The notes under the pieces are model-generated. The model did not search any database, was not told the origin of the DNA, and was given only the letters and a program-made list of their open reading frames with translations. From an uncultured candidate division Zixibacteria bacterium (GTDB lineage: Bacteria; Zixibacteria; MSB-5A5; GN15; FEB-12): 64,000 nucleotides of DNA. The position numbers were made by a program, and so were the translations under genes. The stretch spans positions 256,001 to 320,000 of the forward strand of contig OY760907.1 in assembly GCA_963664195.1 (NCBI GenBank), written 5' to 3'. Position 1 is the stretch's first letter. Each line of letters begins with the position of its first letter. Shown here one piece after another: positions 20,280-29,707 of the stretch.

Positions 20280-20489
20280 ATGAGCAATCAGAATCTACAA
20301 ACCGACGATTCCAGAATCCGTGATAACGGACTCCTGGATACTATCGCGTCGATTCTGGCGGCTGAGAAAATGAAAGAAATTGAAGCTGAAACTGAAATAC
20401 AAGAGAACCCCCATGCAAAGAACAACATTCCCCCAGGACAGCTACGAGACCGAGAAGCTGACCTTCGCAGCCTACCTGCTTGCCGCTGA
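20280..20489 (+). CDS. Small hypothetical protein
   Basis: ORF in the replication operon, overlapping the next gene. Confidence 0.35.
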   Translation: MSNQNLQTDDSRIRDNGLLDTIASILAAEKMKEIEAETEIQENPHAKNNIPPGQLRDREADLRSLPACR

Positions 20490-20679
20490 GAAATCCGAGC
20501 TGTTAGGTGTGCGACCTGTCGGCAGAGGCAAGGCTGTTGCCTTCGTCCTCTCGCAGTCCCCGTCAACCGACGACGTAACAGCGTTTTTCAGTGGGGCCGG
20601 AGCAGTCTCCGCTCTCCGCTACGCAGAGACAATCAACACACTCAAGAGCGTAGCTCACGAGGTGCATAGATGTCGCTAA
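20413..20679 (+). CDS. DUF5659-like small phage/satellite protein
   Basis: YETEKLTFAAYLLA...LLGVRP...AVAFVL pattern (from recall). Confidence 0.55.
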   Translation: MQRTTFPQDSYETEKLTFAAYLLAAEKSELLGVRPVGRGKAVAFVLSQSPSTDDVTAFFSGAGAVSALRYAETINTLKSVAHEVHRCR

Positions 20680-22169
20680 TCACCAAGATCGCAGAGAAGT
20701 TCCGGTGCAGAAGTGACCAGCCGGACGTTGAGTCCACAACAAAAGAACCGACGTCGCCTCCAAAGCCGAGCAAGCGGCAATCCACACCTCACCGATCCGA
20801 CAAAAACAAGCCCAGTCAGTCACGTCAGAAATTCACGGCCTACTATGACGGCCTAGTGGACATAGTGGAGGAGGATGGTCAGCCTCTGTTCCTAGTCTGT
20901 GAGAATGGTCAGTTGCGAGTCGAAGAAGAAGTTGTACTGAAGGGCAAAACGCTCAAACCTCCGCCAATTGATCGCACACCTTTTCCTCTCTCCAGCGCTC
21001 AGCAAGTCGTCCAAGCATTTGAGGAAAGGCAGGACAGTTCCCCCGAAGCTACTGATAGCAGGCTATTTGAGGACGTAAGAACATACCTACACGGTTTGTC
21101 AGAGCTGCCATCAGAAGAACACTACGACCTCTGTGCTGCGTGGATAATGCACACCTATCGAATCGAGCAAGTACAGTTCTCTCCCATCATGTGGCTCTTT
21201 GGAGTTCCAGAGCGTGGCAAAACCCGCACCGGCAAGGGAATGGTGGTGGCGTCGTTTCGCGGGTTGCATGTGGAGTGCCTCAACCAAGCATACTTCCTGA
21301 GAGTGGCCCAGGATTGCCGAGGTGCCTTGTTCATCGATGCCATGGACGCCTGGAAGCGAGCTGAGAAAGCTGAGTCAGCTGACATTCTCTTACTTCGTTT
21401 TGACAAGGGGGCACTGGTCCCCAGAGTGACGTGTCCTGAGAAGGGCCCTTTCGAAGACACGCAATACTTCAACATATTCGGCCCGACAATCCTTGGAACG
21501 AACCGAGGAGTCGATCCTACTTTGGAATCGCGGTCAATTCGGATCATAATGCCAGAATCGACAAGGCTATTCGACAACTTCGTGACACCTGAAGCTGCCA
21601 ATGAACTTCGCGTTCAGCTTCTCGCCTACCGGGCGCAATACTTAAGCTACCCACTGCCTGTCATAGAGAAACCGTTCACAGGGCGCTTTGGCGACATCGT
21701 CAGGCCCATATGCCAGATTGTCCTGGAAGCCGCCCCCGACCGAATGCCGTCGCTTATGACGCTCTTGGAACGCATTCGGAAGGAGCGCCTTGCATCGAAG
21801 TCCGAGAGTTTCGAGGCATCTGTTCTAGAAGCCATCGTGGCCCTGGCCGACGAGACCGTAAACGGCACACTTCCGGTCAAGCGGATAACCGAACAGGCAA
21901 ACACGGAGCGCCCTGAGTCTAGAAAGCTAACGCCTCAGAGAATAGGCAAGGTAGTGAAGTCAATGGGACTGCAAACAAGGCGGGCCGCCCAGAACGGCGC
22001 ATCGGTGTTGGTCTGGGAGGAGGAAAAGCTTCAGAGGCTGCTCGTTAAGTACGGTCTGGACGAAACCTCAGTAAGATCAGAAAGCTCAGTCAGCGACGAA
22101 TCTAGCGCTGACCTTACTGAGGTTACTGAGGTTACTGAGCCTCCTGCAACCATTGACCTTCCGTTCTAG
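20670..22169 (+). CDS. Replication-associated P-loop protein (helicase-like; possible DUF3631-like C-terminus)
   Basis: Walker A GVPERGKT; LESRSIRI; C-terminal winged-helix-like region. Confidence 0.7.
   Translation: MSLITKIAEKFRCRSDQPDVESTTKEPTSPPKPSKRQSTPHRSDKNKPSQSRQKFTAYYDGLVDIVEEDGQPLFLVCENGQLRVEEEVVLKGKTLKPPPIDRTPFPLSSAQQVVQAFEERQDSSPEATDSRLFEDVRTYLHGLSELPSEEHYDLCAAWIMHTYRIEQVQFSPIMWLFGVPERGKTRTGKGMVVASFRGLHVECLNQAYFLRVAQDCRGALFIDAMDAWKRAEKAESADILLLRFDKGALVPRVTCPEKGPFEDTQYFNIFGPTILGTNRGVDPTLESRSIRIIMPESTRLFDNFVTPEAANELRVQLLAYRAQYLSYPLPVIEKPFTGRFGDIVRPICQIVLEAAPDRMPSLMTLLERIRKERLASKSESFEASVLEAIVALADETVNGTLPVKRITEQANTERPESRKLTPQRIGKVVKSMGLQTRRAAQNGASVLVWEEEKLQRLLVKYGLDETSVRSESSVSDESSADLTEVTEVTEPPATIDLPF
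22064..22142. repeat. Inverted 9-bp iteron array, putative replication origin
   Basis: aacctcagt aagatcaga aagctcagt, 16-bp spacer, then gctgacctt actgaggtt actgaggtt actgagcct (actgaggtt is the reverse complement of aacctcagt). Confidence 0.7.
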
Positions 22170-22187
22170 AGAGGCTATATTCACTTC

Positions 22188-23840
22188 ATGCGATATGCGA
22201 TTTATGCCCGTGTCAGTACCGACATGCAAAGCGAGCATTCGACCGACGATCAAATCAGACAGTGCAAGCAGTTCGTTGAACACAGGGGCGGGTTTGTCTC
22301 AGCGGTCTACTGCGACGAGGCCGTTTCCGGAAGTGACGTTTCAAGGTCTGAATACCAGCGGCTCAAAGCAGGAGCCCTTTCCGGAGCGTTTGAGGCAATT
22401 GTAGTAGATGATCTTTCCCGAATAGGTCGAGATATGCCCGAGTTCGTCGGGCTCTGTCGGGATCTCGCGGATTGCGGCATCACGCTCATCGGCGTTGCTG
22501 ACGGCATCGACACATCCAACCCATCTGCCAAGATCCCCCTGTATATCAAAGGCATGATGAACGAGCTGTATTTGGATGATCTGAAGGCACGTATCGTCAG
22601 AGGACTCAAAGGGCAGTTTCTGAGGGGATACTCGACAGGTGGCAGAGTGTATGGGTACAAGACGAAACAGATTCTGGACCCGAGCGGAGCACTGGACAAG
22701 TTCAACCGCCCCAAGCGGCTTGGATGCGAAATACTCATCGACACCGATCAAGCTTACGTAGTCCGTCGCATATTTGAACTGAGAGCGTCAGGTCTCGGAT
22801 TCAAGGCCATCGCGAAGGCGCTGAACTCTGACAAGATTCCCTCCCCTCATGCTGGCTGCGGTTCACGACGTGGGTTTTGGTCTCCGAGCACTATTCGGAA
22901 CATGCTTCAGAACCGGAAGTACACCGGTCTTTGGGAGTACAACAAAACGCGCTGGATCAAAAAGAGCGTATCCAGCAAGCGCCGGTCACTGCCCAATCCC
23001 CCTGAAATGTGGGAGCGATTGGAATCAGAAGAGCTTCGGATCATATCGGATGGTCTCTATCACGCCGCGAATCGAATACCGACGAAGAAGCAGAAACGGT
23101 CGTCCGGGAACAAGAAGTACCTCTTATCGGGGTTACTGATCTGCGCCGAGTGCGGTGCGACATTTGACGTGGTAAATTCTGGTCGATATTCCTGCTATAT
23201 GTGTAGGACCGCAAGAACGCAGGGGGCCAATGCTTGTAGCAGCAAGCGTCGACTGTCGAGGCAAGTCATTGAGGAGAACCTGATCTCCAACGTCGTTTCA
23301 GAGCTGGCAGATCCAGAAGTCGTGAAGACACTATGCAGTATGGTCAACGAGAAACTGACAAGCAATACGGGTATGAGTCAGTCTCGCATTCAGTCTCTGA
23401 AGGAGCAGGACAAGACTCTTCAGGTGCAAATCGAGCGACTCCTTGACAGCCTGGAGAATGGAGCCGAGTTACCCTCTATCCGGAGTCGTTTGGCACAGCG
23501 AGAGTCCGAAAGAGCCGGGATCGAGGCCGAGCTAGCAATGGCTGCTAGCGTTCCGGCCAACCCAATCGAGGTCTCCGAAGAGTGGCTCCAGGGCAAGCTC
23601 AGGAGCTTCGCCTCGTGCGTCACACGGCAAGAAGACAAGATACCTATACTGAGAAACGAGTTGCGCCGCCTCTTTCCCGAGAAGCTGAGAGTGTCCATTG
23701 ATCGTCAGTCTGAAGGTGGTCAAATCAAGGTGAGTGGAAGGATGAGCCCCTTGCCAATTCTAGTTCCCCCCGATCAGTACCAAAGTATAATAGCGGAGCA
23801 GGGACTTGAACCCCGGACACGTCTGGAAGCACTTCCGTAA
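22188..23840 (+). CDS. Large serine recombinase (resolvase, recombinase, zinc ribbon and coiled-coil domains)
   Basis: YARVST, DDLSRIGR, YLLSGLLICAECG; the ORF reads through the att site. Confidence 0.95.
   Translation: MRYAIYARVSTDMQSEHSTDDQIRQCKQFVEHRGGFVSAVYCDEAVSGSDVSRSEYQRLKAGALSGAFEAIVVDDLSRIGRDMPEFVGLCRDLADCGITLIGVADGIDTSNPSAKIPLYIKGMMNELYLDDLKARIVRGLKGQFLRGYSTGGRVYGYKTKQILDPSGALDKFNRPKRLGCEILIDTDQAYVVRRIFELRASGLGFKAIAKALNSDKIPSPHAGCGSRRGFWSPSTIRNMLQNRKYTGLWEYNKTRWIKKSVSSKRRSLPNPPEMWERLESEELRIISDGLYHAANRIPTKKQKRSSGNKKYLLSGLLICAECGATFDVVNSGRYSCYMCRTARTQGANACSSKRRLSRQVIEENLISNVVSELADPEVVKTLCSMVNEKLTSNTGMSQSRIQSLKEQDKTLQVQIERLLDSLENGAELPSIRSRLAQRESERAGIEAELAMAASVPANPIEVSEEWLQGKLRSFASCVTRQEDKIPILRNELRRLFPEKLRVSIDRQSEGGQIKVSGRMSPLPILVPPDQYQSIIAEQGLEPRTRLEALP
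23789..23821 (-). repeat. 33-bp tRNA-Met 3' duplication at the junction of islands A and B
   Basis: aatagcggagcagggacttgaaccccggacacg is identical to 60543-60575. Confidence 0.95.
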
Positions 23841-24220
23841 CGTTTTGAGAATCAGGGAGTTACGTCATAACGCGAAGGTTCACAACGACTTGACGTTTTT
23901 GCATTCTTGTGTCTCGTTTTGCTTCGATTGGGCTGATTTGGCGCCCAGTTGTCACAAATCGGTCACAAGACCACGGACAAGCAACTCGCCTGCTTGCTGG
24001 TATTCCTGTTGGTCATCGCTTCGCCAGCATCTCCACCAAAATAGTGGTATCGGTGCAGAATCCGGCATCGCATTGTCGAATCTACTTCAATTCACAGAGC
24101 GTCCCCAGACAGGCCCGAGTGAACCGAGAGCCACCACTCAGGCCGACCATCCGATCAAGGAGAACCGTTTTCCGACAACTCCATGATGCGCCAGAAGGTT
24201 AGGTATCGGCCCAGAAAGAA

Positions 24221-24239
24221 GCGGAGAGGCAGGGATTCG
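24221..24239 (-). other. tRNA-Ser-like 3'-end fragment (relic att core)
   Basis: Minus strand CGAATCCCTGCCTCTCCGC. Confidence 0.65.
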
Positions 24240-24660
24240 CCGAGCAGTGTTTTGGCCATGTTCTTGTGCCACGCGGAAACACACGCAATCGTCTGATTTG
24301 TATAAGCTTAGATGCATCTAGTTACGTGCACTTTGTTCAACTCACTTCGACTTTCTTGCACTTGATTGTTAGAAAATCGTTAGAAAGCCAAGCCTCTCAG
24401 CGCGGCGACTTCCGGCGCCATTTCGTCATTTTCGACACGTTTTTGAAGAAAACAGTAGGATCACTACACCCGACAACTCTACTGCCTCGCCCCTGAAAGC
24501 GTTTTGGGGCAACTGGTGGAGGAGACTCGCTGGTGGCCAGCGGTAGGTCACCAAACACCTGTACCTACCAGAGACCCGAAGCACAACTCGGAACACAGAC
24601 CAACTCGGCCCTATTCGTTCGAAGCCTGTCAGACCATCGGCGAACAATGTGGAAGAAACA

Positions 24661-24681
24661 TGGCGGAGAGGTAGGGATTCG
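24661..24681 (-). other. tRNA-Ser-like 3'-end fragment with CCA (relic att core)
   Basis: Minus strand CGAATCCCTACCTCTCCGCCA. Confidence 0.75.
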
Positions 24682-25315
24682 CCGCATGGCGGTTCTGTAA
24701 AGGCATTGCACACAACGCATTACGGCGCACCTACAAGAACCGCAACGATTTGATTCTTTTGTATTCTTTTGCCTCGTGTTGGCTCGATTGGGCTGATTTG
24801 ACGCCCTATGGTCACAAAACGGTCACAACTCCGACGTCAAGCGGTCCTCCAACACTCTCTTCCGACTGACTGCCTCCGAATCGCGAGTTGCGCCCAAGTG
24901 AGTCTGATGGCTGAGTTGCGTCACAGGCCCGAGCCTGCATGAAGCACGCGGCCGCTACCGATGTAACCCCCGGGAGACCCGAGAAAAGCCTCGAGCCACC
25001 CGGATTGATTGTTGCCAAGACGTTGCCTATCTTCGACATTTTCAGATCGCCCACGGGCTTGGATACTCGGAACAAGACCATGGACTTCCAAGGCTACCTT
25101 GAAACATCCGGTCCTTCGTTAGAATGACTCGGCTTTCTCGTCCCGGTGAAGCGAGCCAATAAGCCACCAGCCACTCCAAGACTCGACAAGTTTGGCGCAC
25201 TCGTTGTCGCTAAGATCCGGCCGGTCATACCCCCGAAGATATGGTACATGACCGGCTCGCTCATGCACTTGAGGCAGGGGCAGACGAGGCCGTCTGCCGC
25301 CCACGGAACCCGACG

Positions 25316-25795
25316 TTACTGTGCCTCCCCTTCCAAGTGGGAGAGCAGTAGGCTGTTGTAACCCCTTGCGTAATTTCTGGAGAATGTATTATGATAGGCA
25401 TCGTCCCCCATGACCTCGAAGTTATCCGACGTTCCGGCGATTACCTTGACACCGTTGCTCTCGCTGTAGAGCTCGTCATAATCCGGCACGCCAGGCACTT
25501 CAAGCGCATAGCCCCAAACTCCCACAAACCTGTTGTCCCCGCTTTCGATGGCGCGCCGAAAGTCGTCTCGAAAGTCGGCCGAATCCGACACAATTATCTC
25601 AGTTATCTCATTTGACATGGTCTGAGCCTCGACCTCTACTCTATCACTCTTGATCTCATCAGCTTGATTCCCATCGGTGCAACCAACTACCAACACCGTC
25701 AGAAACATCGTAACCAAGAGCGTAGCTAGGAAGACAACATACTCCAATGGATCTAGAACCTTAGGCTCGCTTGAGTCAGAAAGAAGAGTCATCAA
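25316..25795 (-). CDS. Putative immunity protein for the orphan metallopeptidase tip (exported, lipoprotein-like)
   Basis: ATGA overlap with the toxin stop; hydrophobic segment ending VVGC. Confidence 0.6.
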   Translation of the reverse strand: MMTLLSDSSEPKVLDPLEYVVFLATLLVTMFLTVLVVGCTDGNQADEIKSDRVEVEAQTMSNEITEIIVSDSADFRDDFRRAIESGDNRFVGVWGYALEVPGVPDYDELYSESNGVKVIAGTSDNFEVMGDDAYHNTFSRNYARGYNSLLLSHLEGEAQ

Positions 25796-26693
25796 TAACT
25801 TATCCTTATTTTGTTCTCCAAGATTAACATAATCGGATTCTCATGTGCAGTCACGTTGTTCATCTTGCCAGGGCCGTCATCACGGGTGCCTGTGGAATGA
25901 CCAAGCTCATGGGCGACTCGTCTAGTTATAGAGGCAGGCTCCTTATTGACCTTGCCAGTAGCGACATCCAAGAGATTCGCATCCAGTTGGGCATTTGGAT
26001 CAATCACGACAACCTTCGTGCCATCACTAAACGTGGCGTGAAATGACTCTCCGGCCTTGTTTTCGACTATGTAGACCATGACGTCTTTGCCGTTGGCATC
26101 TTTCTTGTTCTCCAGGTCAGATACGAGTTTATTGCCTGGTTTTGTGGAAATGATTTCTTTCAAGGATTTATCCATTGTGGACTTGAAATTCTTGTCGAGT
26201 TTACCGTTGTTTGCCCTAGGGTCGTACTTGCCTGTCTCAACCTCCGTCTGCGTCGGGGTTCCTGCCGCATACTCTATCTTCTCTCCATCCGGATCAACGA
26301 ACTTCAGCGGGTTGTTGGCACAATATACGTACGGTCCGAGCGACGGATACTTGGACGCCAAGGGGTCGACTTGCGTGAATATCTTATACTCTGGATCATA
26401 GTACCGCGCTCCGCAGTAGTATAACTCCTGTTCAATGTCCCGGTCAAGCTCGTGTCCCGTATATCCGAACTTGTCGCTCGACCCCGCGAGAATCATCTCA
26501 GCCGTCTTCTCGCCGAACGGGCGGTACATGCTGTACGAGGTCAGTTTCCCGGTGGGATCAACAGTGGCACCGACCGACCCCAGATGGTCGTTCAAATAGT
26601 ACTCAACCGCAGGGTCAGTATTGTCTCCGAATCTGGCAATCCGCTTGCCGTTGGCGAAGACATAGTTGCCGATCAGATCCGACTCATTTGGAC
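25792..26693 (-). pseudogene. Orphan RHS C-terminal module with an M91-like HExxH metallopeptidase toxin tip
   Basis: Core repeats the main RHS gene (GPNESDLIGNY...NDHLGSVG...PLKFVDPDG); tip contains VAHELGH...ENPIM; no proper 5' end. Confidence 0.8.
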
Positions 26694-27332
26694 CTACGCC
26701 AGTTCAAGCAGATGCTGCCCCTCAGGGGGCACATAGCGCCAAATCTCACAGCCGTCCATGGTACTGATGCAGCGAGTTGCCCCTCCACTTTCAGAGAAAC
26801 ACATCGAAGACGGTCCGAAAGCCCTTGTCAGCACTGCAAATGTCTCTCTTGGGATGACTGTGCGGCGACCTAGCCCCACACAGTCAAGCACCAATTCTTT
26901 GCCATCCAGAAGCTTCACCGATTGATACGGGCTGTCACACATCGACTCAACGGCGTGGATCGTATCAATCACCTTCCCCGACTGGGTTGTGATCACGTGG
27001 CAGGTGAACGCTTCTGTACCGCAGTATGCGAAGCGTCCATCCGACGACAGGGCAATCCTCTGAACCTTCCCTAACCCCTTGGTGAGCCACAGAACTTCAC
27101 CGCATCGGGAGGAGTAACACGCCAGCTCCTCTCTTACGAAAGAGCCCGCAAACAGTGATTCGCCGTCATTGCTCACGGCCAACCGCCTCCCGCCAGCGTC
27201 CATGATGGTCTTAAACTCTGCAGTAGACCGGAGATTGCCCACACTCCAAATGGACACGGTGCTTTCAAACTCGGCAGCGGCCAATATCGGGCGCTCTGCG
27301 GCAATAGCAAGACACTTAACTCTCGAACTCAT
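26694..27332 (-). CDS. WD40/PQQ-like beta-propeller protein, apparently truncated at the orphan RHS junction
   Basis: LAVSNDG, IALSSDG and EVLW/EIWRY repeats; stop abuts the RHS homology block. Confidence 0.55.
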   Translation of the reverse strand: MSSRVKCLAIAAERPILAAAEFESTVSIWSVGNLRSTAEFKTIMDAGGRRLAVSNDGESLFAGSFVREELACYSSRCGEVLWLTKGLGKVQRIALSSDGRFAYCGTEAFTCHVITTQSGKVIDTIHAVESMCDSPYQSVKLLDGKELVLDCVGLGRRTVIPRETFAVLTRAFGPSSMCFSESGGATRCISTMDGCEIWRYVPPEGQHLLELA

Positions 27333-27506
27333 AGAATCCTCTCACTTTCTCGGTCGCCCTTGGAAGTGGGAGAAGCCATACCACTTGGCGGAGCCTCATA
27401 TTCCAAAGTCCATCCGCATCCTGTCGAGTTGCTCCAGAACTGCAGAAACGTCCAGATCATCCCCATGCTCACGGTACCGGGAATGCCCTTGTTGACGCAG
27501 ATCATT

Positions 27507-28120
27507 CTAGTCGGACACGATTCTACGAAAGTGGTCCCTCAACACGCTGATCGAGTTATCCCGTCCCGCCAGCCTCTCGTCAAACTTGTCTACTACCTCA
27601 ATGTCGCAGATATGCTTGATGCGCAGATATTCTCCGATTTCACCGTCCAGCACAATCTCTGCCGCGTCTTGCCTAAGTACGCCGGGTAGGTTCCTCAAGT
27701 CGGGAGGCTCAAACACAACGTCGTACATATCGTCATCGCGCTTCAGCAGAGCGTATCGCCAAGCAGACGCATCTACTTTGACTACCTCTCCATTCACGTC
27801 TTCCATTGTGAATCGCAAGTGCCAATTCTTCGGCTGTTTCGCCGGGTAGAACGGCCACCCTGCGATGCGAGGAGCCAACGCGGCGACGAAGGTTGTCAAT
27901 TCGAGCAACTCCTCGTCACCCCCGGGCGACAGAACAAGTACGTTGCCATTTGGTTCATTCAGAGTTGGCCCGATTTCCCAAGAGATGCTGCCTAAAAACG
28001 AATCCTTGATTCGAGAGCATCAATGAATCCAGCGTTCTCGAAAGGATCGTCAACGGCCTCAACCGAAGTAACGAACCAATCCCAAAACTCCCTGACTTTG
28101 CCGCGAAAGACTTGACTCAT
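27507..28120 (-). pseudogene. Immunity-like gene with a 1-bp frameshift
   Basis: MSQVFRGKVREFWDWF...SRIRF* continues in another frame as LGSISWEIGP...LSPGGDEELLEL; one more base in the A5 run at ~27994-27998 restores the frame. Confidence 0.7.
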
Positions 28121-28190
28121 CGCGTCTTTCAGATCTCGTCCCTTCCAGTGTCCCTGACCTATACCTGAACAGTGTTTCGGGTTACTACGC

Positions 28191-28709
28191 TCACGGCGAC
28201 AGATCTGCTCCGTTCTCGTGAAGTTCCTGGGCGTGAGGAGCAATGTAGTTCCCGTTCGGCAATCTAGTACAGTGTTTCCGAATCCATCGAGCCAGACTGT
28301 TATACAGCTTTTCCAACTCCTTGCTTTTCTCCCGCAGAACATCATTCCCGTCCTCGTCCTTGGTCCAGTACTTGTGCTCATACCACAAACGACCGGAAAT
28401 GATCATATTCAGATCGGGTCTGTATCCACTGCGTGAAAACTCTATGACGGGGCTGACGCAATCGTCAATGTAGAACGAGCCGCGCCCTTCAATCTCACGA
28501 AATGTGAGTTCTTTCTTATCGGAGACAAAGCAAGCGAGCGTTTGAGAGTCGCTATTCGACGTCAATTGGAACGGCTTCAGCTGTACCTCTTCACAGAGCG
28601 GTGACGCCAATTGGCGAGATCTGAGCAACACAACGCCCTGGAGTTGCGATAGTTCAAGGAACTCCTCTTCATCCCGATCAGTAAAATAGAAGCCGACTTG
28701 TCTTCCCAT
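28191..28709 (-). CDS. Hypothetical protein, putative orphan immunity
   Basis: GGGAG RBS; position within the RHS downstream array. Confidence 0.6.
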   Translation of the reverse strand: MGRQVGFYFTDRDEEEFLELSQLQGVVLLRSRQLASPLCEEVQLKPFQLTSNSDSQTLACFVSDKKELTFREIEGRGSFYIDDCVSPVIEFSRSGYRPDLNMIISGRLWYEHKYWTKDEDGNDVLREKSKELEKLYNSLARWIRKHCTRLPNGNYIAPHAQELHENGADLSP

Positions 28710-28802
28710 TATTCACTCCCGGATATTGACGAGTGCTCCGAAAACATCAACGATGGCTCTATCAATCTGTCGGCAACGTTTGGTGCTTGCCCCGTATGAA
28801 TG

Positions 28803-29246
28803 TCAGTCCGTTTCAGTATACCATCCGTCATACTCCGCGCCACAATCTGAGGCCACTTCTATACAGGTATCAGTCATTTGGTCAATCCACGAGATCTCAA
28901 CGCTGTGTATGATAGTAGCCCCTATGGAGTTCCTTGGCTCGTCCTCCGAACGCCCCAGAACGCACATGTTGGTCGCAGCAAAGCCACGGACTGCCATCTC
29001 GTGCTCGATTCTTGACGCAAGCCTAGGATCATTGGAAAGAAAGACGTTGGTAATAGGGCGCAGTCGAGATAAGTCACAATCGTGTTCGACTAATGCCTTG
29101 ATTGTCTTGGGATTCATGCATCGTTGGAGTTCTTTTTCGTGACTCACTTCCATAGCAGTCTCTTGTTCAGCTTCGTCCTGTGGATTGCCATTGCCCAACA
29201 TCAGATCCTCTCTTGGTGACAACTGGTGGAGTTGCAGCTTGATCAC
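28803..29246 (-). CDS. RraB-like domain protein, putative orphan immunity
   Basis: DLSRLRPITNVF and VASDCGAEYDGWYT C-terminal motif. Confidence 0.6.
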   Translation of the reverse strand: MIKLQLHQLSPREDLMLGNGNPQDEAEQETAMEVSHEKELQRCMNPKTIKALVEHDCDLSRLRPITNVFLSNDPRLASRIEHEMAVRGFAATNMCVLGRSEDEPRNSIGATIIHSVEISWIDQMTDTCIEVASDCGAEYDGWYTETD

Positions 29247-29704
29247 TCCACAACAATCAGTTCGAACACGAGATCCGTGAAATCGTCGTCGAAGTGACCG
29301 TCATTACAGTGATACCTCCGCCCTCCAGAGATCTCTTCTATCCACATCGCGGCACCATTGTGCCAGGATTCAACGCAACCATTGCCCGTATCCCAGATGT
29401 TCTTCAAGTCGAGCAGTCCGTTCTTGCTGCGACAGATGAACTCGCCTTCCCAATCGAGCACATCCTCCCATATGTCCGCCCAACCCCGGTCAAATATCTC
29501 ACCGGACTCGAATTCCAGTTCACCCTCCGTTTGAAGAGCCATCCCCTGCCGCCATTCGGAATCCGTAGAGAGAATGCGGTATCGAATCTTACACTCTTTT
29601 GCAGGCAAAGGGAACCTGTCCCACATGACAATGGTCTTGCCTTCGTACTGGATTGGCTTGCCGTTCGATTCATCGAAGAGATCTGCCAAAACTATTCTCT
29701 TCAC
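29243..29704 (-). CDS. Probable cognate immunity protein of the RHS HNH toxin
   Basis: Starts 3 nt after the RHS stop; acidic; YHCNDGHFDDDFTDLVF. Confidence 0.7.
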   Translation of the reverse strand: MKRIVLADLFDESNGKPIQYEGKTIVMWDRFPLPAKECKIRYRILSTDSEWRQGMALQTEGELEFESGEIFDRGWADIWEDVLDWEGEFICRSKNGLLDLKNIWDTGNGCVESWHNGAAMWIEEISGGRRYHCNDGHFDDDFTDLVFELIVVE

Positions 29705-29707
29705 AGT

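Larger units (their letters stand above)
9979..23821. mobile_element. Island B: ~13.8-kb satellite-like integrative element with a large serine recombinase, at tRNA-Met
   Basis: Flanked by tRNA-Met 3' duplications; serine recombinase abuts the att; P-loop replication gene with iterons; no capsid or conjugation genes seen. Confidence 0.85.
23881..24828. repeat. Two copies of an att-arm module (23881-23968 and 24741-24828)
   Basis: Ungapped manual alignment gives 72/88 identity; both end in GTCACAAA(T/A)CGGTCACAA. Confidence 0.85.

Noticed and set aside
24221..24681. Intact tRNA-Ser genes
   Set aside because: Only 19-21 nt of the 3' end is present; no D or anticodon arm
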